From Cyanidioschyzon merolae (lineage: Eukaryota), in NCBI GenBank assembly GCA_000091205.1, contig AP006484.2: a stretch of DNA of 64,000 nt; one strand, written 5' to 3'. Positions 12,041 to 22,959 of this stretch are shown here, in pieces (the stretch's first letter is position 1; the number at the start of each line of letters is the position of its first letter). Both the position numbers and the translations under genes were made by a program. The notes beneath the pieces were generated by a model. The model was given only the letters and a program-made list of their open reading frames with translations. It did not search any database and was not told the origin of the DNA.

Positions 12041-15000
12041 ATGGAGCCCGTTGAACACACAAACAGCAGCGAGGTATCCGCTGCCGCTAGAGCGACCCAA
12101 GATCACAACGACGAACGAGAGGGAGCACCAGTGAGCGGGGCGGTGGTTCCTGCGGAAGCTGATCCGCTATCCCATCTAGTGCAGGAACAGAGTGCCCTAC
12201 AAGCGCTGCACAAACGGGCGCCCCGAATCATGGACGACCCGGATTTCGAAGGGGAATCCCGTGACCCAGTGCTCCAGGTTGACAAAGATGACGAAGGTCC
12301 ACGACCAGCAGCCGCTGAGCCTACAACGCTCCAGCGTGTCGCAACCACGTCGGACGAAAGCATACTGGGAAACGCTTCACCGGCCAGCGAGCGCGGACTT
12401 GTTTCAGACACATTGCCACATGCAACAGATGCAGACGTGACCGATGAATGGGCTCGTCGCCGCAAACGTACGCGTTCGAGTCCAGAACTCGCCGAGGGTG
12501 ATATCGAACTCCTGCGTGAAGCCGGTGTTGTGATTCCAGAGCGACAGTTGCATCCAGGAGGTCGTCGGTCTCGCCGGCGTCGACGACTTCGCCAGGCCGC
12601 AGACCTGGAGATGACCTCTGAGAACGACGATGACGAAAACGACAAGATCGAGGCTTCCCCTGATACGACCTCCGTAGCACCGTTTGGCATGATTGGCGAC
12701 AGAGACGAAGCCGATAGAGCTGCAGGCGCTGTGGACGCTCAAAAGTTCACGTCTGTCGGAGAAAAGCAAGCGTCGTTGCCTGCTAGTCCTCATCAAGCAG
12801 CGAATGCCACGGTGGGTGCTTCAGGCCTGGGTGCCGGCATCGGCGGCACCGATGATCAGAATCTCGCAGATGAGGCGTCGATCGACCAAAACTCTGAAAT
12901 AGAGGAAGAAGAAATCGGCAGCGACGATGATGAGGATGATTTAGCCGACTTCATTGACTATGGTGATGGGGCAGCTGGGCAACGTCGCCGCCGCCTCGCC
13001 CGTGAACGAGCGAGAGCTGCTTTGCAAGCCTCACTCCGAGGCGGGCGCCTGTCCAGCGAACTGGATCCTTACGCTGCAGCACTGCTGCGAGAGCTCTTCG
13101 GTGATGCCGATTCACTTGAGAACTACCGCGGAGAGCCGCTTCTCTATCACGATGATCCCGAGCAGATTCGCAAATGGCTCCAGAGAATCGGCGTCAATGA
13201 TCCACGCGATATTGAGAACGTCTTGTCGCTGGAGTCGTGGGCAGTACCAGAGCCGTCGTCAGCGGAGGAGGATGCATCGACGGGTGCGGAAGCCTCCAAG
13301 AGCGCCGGACACGAGAGCCTCTCCGTCGAGCAGACAGAGCTGCTCGCGGAAATGTATGCAACGCCTCAGGATGATGCGATTCGTGCACTGGATTTGCCGG
13401 AGTACACCCAACTCTATCACTGCGGGCGGGATCAAGCGGGGAATCCACTCCCTCGCGAGCTCATGGACGAGAGCGATATTCGTTACGAGGCAGAGTGGAT
13501 CGTCACCAACGGACTCGTGGACCTGCTTCGGTCGAGTAGACAGGCGGCTCCAGAGTCATCGCTCGTGGATCAGGTCGCGCATTTGCTGCGCTTCCTGCAT
13601 CTGGAGCACCTGGACATCGCCTTTATCGCCATGTATCGACGAGATTACCTGGAACCCGATCTTCTGCCTCCGCTCGAGCGAGGCACTGGCGAGCAACAAG
13701 CTCCAGTGCTGGAGAGTCCGACACATTTCGTGGGCGACTGGACACGCCTCTGGCGAGTCCTCGACTGGGACCGATACTATTTCCAGTTCCTTCAGCAGAA
13801 GCGCCGCCTTATGGACGTTTATGAGGAACAGGGTGAAGAGGAGCTTTTGCAGCTGGCTACGGCAGCATTCCGCCGTGAGATGCTCCAGGATGTGGAAAAA
13901 TACGCGCGACTGCGTCGGGAGCTAGCTCACGGGGACAAGAATGGATCGGCATCAGCGTCAGCAGGTCGTGAAGAGGCTGCAAGTCCCGAGTCGCTGCGTC
14001 AGGTGGCAGCAGAAACTCTGCTGGCGCCCAGCACCGACGCCTACCAGCGACAGGAGCACCGCACCGCAGCTGCAGCTGCGGCGGAAGCGGCAAACGGCAG
14101 CATCCACCCTGAAGTCGGCCTTGATTCCGAAGCTGCTGGTACCGTCTCCGACGACGCAATGGATCAGTTGCAGCAAGCAACCGCTGCAGCTGCTTTGCGA
14201 CACGCGTCAGACGACGAAGAGCACCGGGATGCGGCACCTGTGCACTCGACCGAGACCCTAACGCCAACAATTGGGAATGCCGAGGCCATGCAGCCGCGAG
14301 CACGCGCGAAGAACAGCAACAGCAGTAGCAGCAACAGTCGTAGCGATTTGCAGCGTACCAACGCTGAGATAGCGACTTCAGCGGAACAACCGGGAACACT
14401 GCAGCCTCGACAGGTGCACCCGCAAGCCCCTGGTCGTCGCAGGGCTGGTCGCACTCCGTCGCGTCGTGATGCGCTTCATGTGGCGATATCCTGGGTTGTT
14501 GCACACCAGCTCGATGTAGAGGCGCTCTATGGCATCAAGGCTGCCGATTTGGCCTCCAACGTGCTCTCGGGTGGCAGTCTCATCACCGAACCTGCTGATC
14601 ATCCAAACAAGCCGTCGCTCGAAGAACTGCTTCGATCTACTGATGTTACCGAGAGCACTGCTGCCGTCGGTATCGAACGGTATCTGCGCTACGTTCGTCA
14701 GGTAGCTGGGGCGCTTTATGCGGCACACCCGCGCCTTCGGCACTTTACCCGGACGCGTCTGCGCGAAAAGGCGCACCTCACCGTGAAACCGAGTGCGCGT
14801 GCCCTCCAAGACCTCGATATACTGGATCCTTTGCGTCCGTACTGTTCAGTGGAAGCGCTACCGGTTGCAGCCCTGGACCCAGCAGAAATGGCTCGTTTCA
14901 TTTACGCTGAACGCCTTGGCCTGGTGGAGCACATGGAATGCTCGCTAGCGGCGCCTGATGAAGCGGAGCTCGAGTCCATCCTGGAACGCGCGCTCCTCAG

Positions 15001-15456
15001 CGACAAGTTGTACGAGTCGGCACAAGTCTGGAATGCTGCACGCCGGCAGATGCTCACCGAGCAACTGCTGCGGGTATGGTTGCTACCGCCGCTGCTCGCG
15101 GAACTGCTCGAGTGTCTACGCGAGGAAGCGCGAGGTGCTTGTGCGCTCGCGGCAGTCAGCGCCCTGGAACAGCAACTCGTCATCGGTGGCGCGAGTCCCA
15201 GCAGTGCATCGACAAACGCACATGAACCTGGTGCGTTCGGTGTCCTCTCTGGTACCGCTGCTGGTGGTGTGCTCGCGTTTGTAGTCTCCGACGAGTCCGA
15301 GTACCCGACGACACGCTCTCGTTGGATCTTTGGTGTTGCCCTCGATGCCTACGGCCAAGTGCTGGACACGCTGCGTCTGGGTTGCCATGGCTGGCTGCCC
15401 GGCGACGAGCGGCTCTTAGGGCAACTGGTTGCAGCGCAACAGGCAAAAAGTGGTGG

Positions 15457-15490
<34 letters not shown>

Positions 15491-15932
15491 GCGGGCGCTT
15501 CAGCGTTGGAGATGCCGCCGCAGGTGCGCTCGCGACTGGAACGCTTCCTCCAGCGTCATCCGCACCGGCAATGTGTCGCTATTGGGGTCGCTTCTGGGAG
15601 TCCTATTGGCGTGAATGCGGCAAGTCTCTGGCTCTACGAATGGATACGCGGAATAGAGCAGCGTCTCGGTAGCAGGCGTGAGCAGGCGGTTGGGCGTCAG
15701 CCGCATGTGCTGCGTATCGACGATGATGCTGCTCGCCTGTACGCGAAAACGAAGACTCTGAGCGCTTCACTCGGAGGCATGGTGCCTCCCGAGTGCGACG
15801 GTCTGCCCTTGCGACGGGCTGTTGGTGTAGCGCGACTCTGTCAGGAACCGCTGGCGGTGTATGCAGCGATTGCAACAGAGGCATCCCTGGGTGCATTGCT
15901 GCGCCTCACTGTGCGCTGTCGTCCGCAACACC

Positions 15933-15966
<34 letters not shown>

Positions 15967-18382
15967 GATGCTGGATTCTACCCGCCGTACGGATGAAACT
16001 GGTGATACCACGGCTACGGCGGACGCTGCAGGCCATGACGCTACAAGCTGGCAGCAAGTCACGGACCCGAGTCTGCATACACAACTGGACCTTGGCCTCG
16101 ATGGCATGGTGACCTCGCCCAGTGATCGTCTGCTGGTCGTGGAACGAGCACTGCGTCATGCGGTCGCCTCACTGGGCCTCGACCTGAACCTCTTGTTGCG
16201 CTATCGTCATCTGCAACCTCTGATGGCGTTTGCGCCCGGCCTTGGGGTTCGCAAAGCATCCCTTTTCATCCAGACGCTGCGAAACCAGTTTTCCAGGGGC
16301 GCCACACGACCCCCAAGCGTCCCGTCACGTCAGGCAGTATTGCGCAGCAAGGCAGCGACTCGGCGGGTGCTCGACTCGCTCATAGCGTATCTGAGGGTTT
16401 CGAGCGGGATCCACGGGACGACTAGCGGCGGTCCAGGCGCCACAGGCGAAGCGTCGACGACACTTCAGGGTGCTTCGGCGGCAGCGTATGCACGTGAACG
16501 ACTTGCCCAGTGGAGACGACGTGCTTCCAGCGTCGATGTGTCGACCTGGCGACCACTAGACGAGACCCGCATCCACCCGGTAGACGAACCGCTGGCGATG
16601 AAGATCGTTGTGGAGTCGTTGCGGGAGCACGATCCACGGTACTGGAATGCAGAGCGTTTAGCGTCGACGCCTGCAGCGGTGTTGGTGTTGCATTTGTTGG
16701 AGCATCCCGAAGCGATCGAGGAGCTCGACTTGCCCGGCTACGCAGCGCACCTGGAACAGGCTGGACACGGTCGTAAGCGGCACATTCTATTCCTGATTGC
16801 GAATGAGTTTTACCGACCATTTGCGGATTGGCGTCGGACGCGCTCCTCGTTACAAGGCAAAGCGCTCTTCTATGCCTGCACCGACCTGGATGAGTGCCTG
16901 TTTGGCTATGGAACGCGGGTGCACGCCTTTGACGGACGTCCTGTAGAGCGCGGTAGCGCTTGGCGTTGTCGTGTGGTTCCCGCAACCGCCTCGGTTGCCA
17001 GCGACTGGCTTCCTGGTCGTCTGGAGGCAGCACAAGTGCCGGCAGTCTGGCGACAAGTCCGCCAGGCAGCGACATGGGGCAGCATGTGGCCTGCTTCTGT
17101 GCATGCACGGGCGGAGGAGCGCTACTTCGGAACGCCCTCGGTTGCTGCCCTGGGGCAAGTGCCGCTCTTACCGCTTCGCGTTAAGGCTGTGGACGGAGAG
17201 GCGCTCCAGGTGCAGCTCATGGCGCTGGAGCCGTTACCAGCCGAGCTTGCGTGGTTGGCGGAGCGAATGGCGCACCTGCCGGGTCGAGTGCCGCTGGAGT
17301 CGGTGTCGCGAAGCGCGCCTCCTGGTACCACCGCAGGCACTGCAGGTGTTGACGCTTTTAACACATCGAGTGCTGCTGCTGCTGCTGCTGCTGCTACGAA
17401 TCATTTGTCCTCTTCGACGCTGCTATCCCAAAGAGCATCACGTGTGCTTCCCACGGGCCTGTTGCGCCATCCTGCGTACCGTGCGCTTAGTGGGCGTCAG
17501 GTGGTGCAGGAGCTTGCCCAAGCGCCGCCTGGCACCGTCTATTATCGTCCCTGTTCCCGCGATGCCCAAGCGGTATGTGCTTCGTTCAAAATCCACGACG
17601 AGGCGCCCATTGTGCACTTGGACTTGTTGGTGGTGGAGTCTGTGGGGTCCGGTTCCGGTGCGGTTGCCGGAAACGCCACTGGTGCTAGTGCTGGTGCTGC
17701 TCCTGCTGCTGCTGGTAGTGGCGAGCACGTCACACAGCAGTGGCAGCTGCGTCTGGATGCGGAGCTCTTCGACGACTTGGACGAGGTTTTTGCACGCTAT
17801 ATTGAACCGATTGTTCAGCTCGCCTGGAGAGCGACGCAGCATCCCAAGTTTATGCTTGTTGGTGAACACGACAACGCTGCGGCGGCTACCACGGCACTGG
17901 AAGCCTTACTACGGCAAGAGAAGGCCAAAGCTCCCAGCACCATCCCCTATCGACTCGCGTTTTGTCGACATCGTCCAGCGCATTTGGTGTTTGCGTATCT
18001 ACCGGGTCGAGCGACTGTGCTGTACGAGCCCATTACCCTCACCCCAACAGGTTACCGACTTCGTGATCAGGTGTTCTCGTCAGTTGATGACTTGGTCAGC
18101 TGGTTCAAACGCAACTGGCAGCGTTTGTTGCGTTCGCAAACCGGACCACCGCGACAACAAGCGACAGAGGCTGATTCAGATGCGGTGCTGGCGTCACTGG
18201 GAGCAGGAGCAGTTGCCGTGGGTGCATCGGCTGGAAACCGTTACCAGAGCGAGGCCTCTGCTGCGTACGGGGCGCAAGTTGGTGTCGACCAACGGGTACC
18301 TGTTGTGGGTTCTTTGGTGCAACTCGCGCAGCGAGCCCTTGAGCGTTCCGGAGCGGGCACTGGTCGGCATGCACCGCGTTAA
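12041..18382 (+). CDS. SPT6: transcription elongation factor SPT6 homolog (2113 aa) with low-complexity expansions
   Basis: ATG at 12041. There is an acidic N-terminal region (EEEEIGSDDDEDDLADFIDYGDG). A YqgF/RNaseH-like segment (IFGVALDAYGQVLDTLRLG, CVAIGVASGSPIGVNAAS), an HhH segment (LMAFAPGLGVRKASLFIQTLR), an S1-like segment and a C-terminal SH2-like region (FMLVGEHDN...YRLAFCRHRPAHLVFAYLP...VDDLVSWFKRNWQ) follow in Spt6 order. A poly-Q tract and several poly-A tracts sit inside the ORF. Confidence 0.75.
15927..15966 (+). repeat. pure (CAA)n trinucleotide microsatellite encoding poly-Q inside SPT6
   Basis: caacaccaacaacaacaacaacaacaacaacaacaacaacag read directly. A (GCT)n poly-Ala tract lies at ~15457-15489 and another at ~17368-17395. 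Confidence 0.85.
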
Positions 18383-20162
18383 GGAGTGTGGAAAAGCGGG
18401 TTCCAGGGCTCGGCGTAGGCGGTTACCCCGGTGCTTATCCAAAGCGTACAGTGAGATAGGTTTTTATTCTAGCTGCGATGCGAGCATCGATTCCATAGCA
18501 CAATAGCATTGCGTGGAAGCACGGGGCGAACTGTATCCATGGGAGCCTCTCGAACCGGAACCTGGTGTACTATGCTATGGATGCTAGCCTTGGATTCGTC
18601 TAGCTTTCAACGCATATCTCAACGCGCATGGCATTGGTACGTTCCAGGCCGATGGTATGGATCCTGGCCTTGGATGTGTGTATCGCTTTTACCATAGGAA
18701 TAGAAACTTTTTGCGCAAGTACTTGCAGTCCGACGTTCTCGTGCATGAGCGACACCCGTTTCAGATTCAAATGGAGCACTGAACTGTTCGGTGTGTTCCA
18801 GTATTTCGATAATTTGCCAGTTATCTTCCGAGGTACAATCGCGACGCAGCAAGTGCATCAATATCGGGGACCAACGGCTTCATATGTCGTTTCTGGCAAT
18901 CCAGGCGCCATTTCGGAGTGACTCATTCGACGCTCCGTCACTGGAATTTATTGCTTCTCCGGAATCAAGCGAAATAGCGACGCCATGGAGAAAAGGTTCG
19001 TAAAGTAACAGGTATCATGATGCAATGAATAGGGGCCTGGCTTCCACGCTTCCCCTTGTGTGCACAATGCCGAAAGTATGTGTGCTTCAACTTTCCGATC
19101 TTTGTATTCAATGACAACGGGGATGCATGGCAACACAGATTGCCGAATAAGCGACACGTAAGCCTCGACGTCGTGCCTTGGCGACTTCCGCAAAAATTCA
19201 TACGGATCATTCACCGAACATGTCACGTTAAATCATGGATTCCGTTTGACTGACACATGCTCCTTTCATGTACGAAACGCCAATTCATTGCGGCAGGGTA
19301 CCTCACACACGAGGTGTGCGCTCAGAGGACCGAGCGCCATCCATTTGCATCGCAAGGTATCTTGGACTCCGACTCTAGTCATCGTAGCGATCGCTTCGAG
19401 TGGAGGTTGGATCGACGCCTGGCAGGACGGCTGCGTCGACGCATCCTCTTTGCTTGCACGGGACGCCTCCTGGGATATTCCCTCGGGCACTTGATTCATC
19501 ATGGACGACTTCACGGCGTTCTGCAAATTCTCTGTCGAATACGACACTGTGCGCTTGTACAAGCAGCGCACAGTGTACGCTCCGAGCGGATCACCCAGAA
19601 GAGGCCCGTCATCATCGAGTACAACACGCCGTGCGGAAACAGAGGCGAGCATCGACGAGGAGCCCTCTGTACCCGTCATGGGCGTGTACCGAGCAATAAA
19701 GCAAGAGCTCACGTGCAAAGTGACGGCGCTCAGCGTAGAACGTGTGGTGGAAATAGCTGTACAATGAATCGCAGTCACGTATAATACCGCTGTGAGAAGC
19801 GCATCGAAGCTGTCGACAAACAACATGAAAATGACATGCAAAGCATACATCGCTACCTGCGCCTCTTCATGGAATGCATCGACAGGAGCCGAACGTACCA
19901 GAAACCAGTATGGAACGCCATCATCCATATCCTCCTTCGACCGCTGTCAACAGACCTATCAGGCCAAAAGACACGCGCTTCGTTCAAACCGAAGATATGG
20001 AAAGAGAGGGCGCGTTCGAACGAACGCTGTCACACGAGTATCCCACCAAACCTATTATCGATGACATTGGAATCAGACCCAAAATTTAAACCCTTGTTGG
20101 CGTACCTGAGTTGCATTCTATGCTATTTCACGGGGCTCGATCCCCGCCAGGCCACGCAGTTG

Positions 20163-20495
20163 ATGTGTTCCGTGGGTGCTCCACGATGCGAACTTGCGCA
20201 CCAACCGCTGCACTCGGGATTGCGCGCTGTTCTCTGTGTGGAGCACGTTCTCGGCATGTCGTCTTCGTGTCGAGAGCTTTTCGAGGAAATGGTTCGGTGT
20301 CTTTCGGACTCGGAGTGTGTGCGTTCGCATCCTGACCCAACGCGAGCACTGAGCGACTGTGCTCGACGCGACGCCGCTGGAGTACCGGACACGTGTCGAG
20401 GGACGATTGAGGCCTACGCAACCTGTCGAAGAGCCCAGATCGATCCTGCTCGTCGGATCATGGGTAATCCAGCAGCTCGTGTCAAGCACGAATAG
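20163..20495 (+). CDS. possible twin Cx9C (CHCH-domain) small protein
   Basis: ATG at 20163. The ~110-aa product has CRELFEEMVRC (Cx9C) and CRGTIEAYATC (Cx9C) plus further Cys pairs. It lies between the convergent SPT6 and NOG1 ends, and overlapping antisense ORFs make this uncertain. Confidence 0.3.
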   Translation: MCSVGAPRCELAHQPLHSGLRAVLCVEHVLGMSSSCRELFEEMVRCLSDSECVRSHPDPTRALSDCARRDAAGVPDTCRGTIEAYATCRRAQIDPARRIMGNPAARVKHE

Positions 20496-20620
20496 CATAC
20501 GGGAATACGCACACAGGTCAGGGCGAAAGAGGCTGCCGGACGTGGCCCCGGTTAGAGCGCAGGCCGTTCGGAGGAGCGCTCGCGTCCTCCGAGCTGGTCC
20601 CCGAACCAACGGGATCGCGT

Positions 20621-22573
20621 TTAGCGATGACTACGCGTACCAAGGCTCATCTTGCCCGCAAAGAGGTGATGCGGTTTGCGCGTACCGATGAAACGATCAG
20701 ACTCGCCTTGGCGGTGCTCTCGTCCGCTAAACGCGCGACGCAGCGTCCGCTGAACGAGTTTCTGGGCGTGGCGAGCCTGCACAACATCACGCAGACCAGC
20801 AGGAACCAGGGACTGATCGCTTACAGCTCGAGTTCGATAGACAACTGGTGCAGAGTGAGCTGCTTTTCTGGTCTGCTGCTTGGTGGTGCTTGGGTCGACA
20901 GCGCGCCCCCATGGTCGCTTTGCAACCGCCTGCGACGTCTTGCGTACCTTGAGAAGCGCTTTGCGCGATAGCTTAGGTCGTTGGGTGCGGTCTCGGGCAG
21001 CTTGCTGCTGACGAAGCCGTCGCTGGTTGCGAGCTTTCTCCCGAATCAGCGCGACATCGGTGTCTGACGGTTGATCAACCGGGACGTCTGCACGCGGCTC
21101 GTCACCGACGGCGTCTGAAAGCATACTCTGACGCATCGTTTCCTCTTGCTCAAGGGCAAGCAGCCTCTGATGAATCTCCGGATCAACATAGTCCGCTATG
21201 TTCTTGCCGTCTACGATCTCCGGAATGTAGTCATAGCGCCATGCTGGGTCTGTTAGGTCGTAGTGCTTGCGCCAGTCCATGCTGTAGACGCCTGCACCTC
21301 CGTGGTCGCGTTCCAGTTCACGCTCCGTCTTCCGGCCTGCTCGGCTTGTCGACAAGGTGCAGGCCAGTTCAGGTGCGGTGTTTTGGTTAAGTGCATCGTC
21401 CGCATCGCGCAGAGCCTGGCGGCGTTCGAGGACTGAAGCGGGAATCTGCGGTGTGCGAACGAGCTTCGGCTCCGCGACGTGCAGCCGGTTCAGTACAGAG
21501 TCCGTTTGTCTGCCGCTAACTTTGAGAGAGACACGCAGCGCTAAAAGTCGTTCACAAGCGCGATTACGAACCGCGAACACCGATGCATATCCGTCGTCGC
21601 CCATCGTGGATGCCGTCATCAGCTCTGCGCCCACTTGTTCGGCGGTTTCCCGTATCGCCGTCCACGTTGCCGGATCGAGTTGCTGTTCCCAGCCAAGATC
21701 CGTCTTATTGCATACCACGAAAAGAGGCTTGTCAGCGAACAGCGGTTGAAGGGAACGAAGCAAGGCCAGTTGCTGGGCTATGGCGTAGCCACAGGTCTCT
21801 GACGGGTCCACGAAGAACAGAATCGCCGCCTGGAGATGTGCCAGCGCTGTAATCGACTGCATCTCGATGGTGTTGCGCTCATCGAGGGCGTGATCCAAAA
21901 GACCAGGTGTGTCGATGACCTGCCAACGCAGGTACTGGTAATCCATATGACCGACAAACAGGGACTTTGTGGTGAACGCATACGGTTGGACGTCGACTTT
22001 GGCGTTGGTGACGCAGTTCAAGAACGATGACTTGCCAACGTTCGGATAGCCCGCAATCAGCAGCGTTCGCGTCATAGGGTCGATACTAGGTAAGCGCGCC
22101 ATATGTTGGCGCACTTGCTCCAGATACGCTAACGCTGGGCGAAGGTGTTTCACCGTTGTGCACATTCGACCCAGAGCGGCTCGTTTGAGGCACTTGGCAC
22201 GGTAGAGAGAGTCTGCGTATTTGAGTTGGCGCACGTAGTCGCGTGCAAAGCTGTCCACAAGGCTGCGTATCCGACTTACTTGACCAAGGGCCAGTTTGTA
22301 GTGATCTCGGTCATACAGCACATTCAAAATATCCGCATAAAAGGGATGTAGTTCCTCTAAAATCGGAAAGTCGCTGAGGATCTTTGTCAGGCGCTCATGA
22401 AAACATGACTGAGCATAGCGCACCTTGCGTATGTAGAACGTCCGAATCCGAGTGATCGCATACCCTGGGTGCACAACGGTGGGGGTTTTGCGCTGTGTCT
22501 GAGAGAGTACGATATCGATGAGGTCCAGTGCCTCCGGTACCACCTGGATGTGCTTTAGACCCCCTACAGTCAT
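20621..22573 (-). CDS. NOG1: nucleolar GTP-binding protein 1 (NOG1)
   Basis: N-terminus LDLIDIVLSQTQRKTPTVVHPGYAITRIRTFYIRKV, then the G-domain IAGYPNVGKSSFLNCVT...FTTKSLFVGHMDYQYLRWQVIDTPGLLDH with a basic C-terminal tail. The track start at 22732 is GTG. The first ATG is at 22573 (MTVGGLKHIQ), giving 650 aa. Confidence 0.85.
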   Translation of the reverse strand: MTVGGLKHIQVVPEALDLIDIVLSQTQRKTPTVVHPGYAITRIRTFYIRKVRYAQSCFHERLTKILSDFPILEELHPFYADILNVLYDRDHYKLALGQVSRIRSLVDSFARDYVRQLKYADSLYRAKCLKRAALGRMCTTVKHLRPALAYLEQVRQHMARLPSIDPMTRTLLIAGYPNVGKSSFLNCVTNAKVDVQPYAFTTKSLFVGHMDYQYLRWQVIDTPGLLDHALDERNTIEMQSITALAHLQAAILFFVDPSETCGYAIAQQLALLRSLQPLFADKPLFVVCNKTDLGWEQQLDPATWTAIRETAEQVGAELMTASTMGDDGYASVFAVRNRACERLLALRVSLKVSGRQTDSVLNRLHVAEPKLVRTPQIPASVLERRQALRDADDALNQNTAPELACTLSTSRAGRKTERELERDHGGAGVYSMDWRKHYDLTDPAWRYDYIPEIVDGKNIADYVDPEIHQRLLALEQEETMRQSMLSDAVGDEPRADVPVDQPSDTDVALIREKARNQRRLRQQQAARDRTQRPKLSRKALLKVRKTSQAVAKRPWGRAVDPSTTKQQTRKAAHSAPVVYRTRAVSDQSLVPAGLRDVVQARHAQKLVQRTLRRAFSGREHRQGESDRFIGTRKPHHLFAGKMSLGTRSHR

Positions 22574-22959
22574 GGTGTCGTCGTAAGCAAATACCAATTG
22601 GAAGCGAGCTCTTCGTGTGAAGTGAGGGCAATGGTACCCAGGGAGTACTGGCTGCTCTCGAACGCCGCGTAGTGTAGGTACGCTGTGAACGGGTACGATA
22701 GACGTGTCCCCTGGAGCCGCCTCGTTGTGCACTCACGAGGAAACAGGTGACCCGATCGCTTCGCTCGATATCGGTATTTGTATGCAGTGGAGGTCCCTTG
22801 TTCAAAAAATTCGACACCACACCGTCCCTGGTGCACTGCTTTTGTCAGGTACGTTTCCTGAACTCGGCCGGCGACATCGGTATATCCGCAGCCGACGGAG
22901 AGTGCGCTGCGGACGGCGGCGGCTGCTGCTGCTGCGGGCGGCGCGCCCCAGACGCGAAA

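Noticed and set aside
12103-17108. Large antisense ORFs inside SPT6 (e.g. 12103-12690, 13857-14504, 16422-17108 on the minus strand)
   Set aside because: These are GC-rich, low-complexity antisense frames fully contained in a well-supported gene. No motifs were found.
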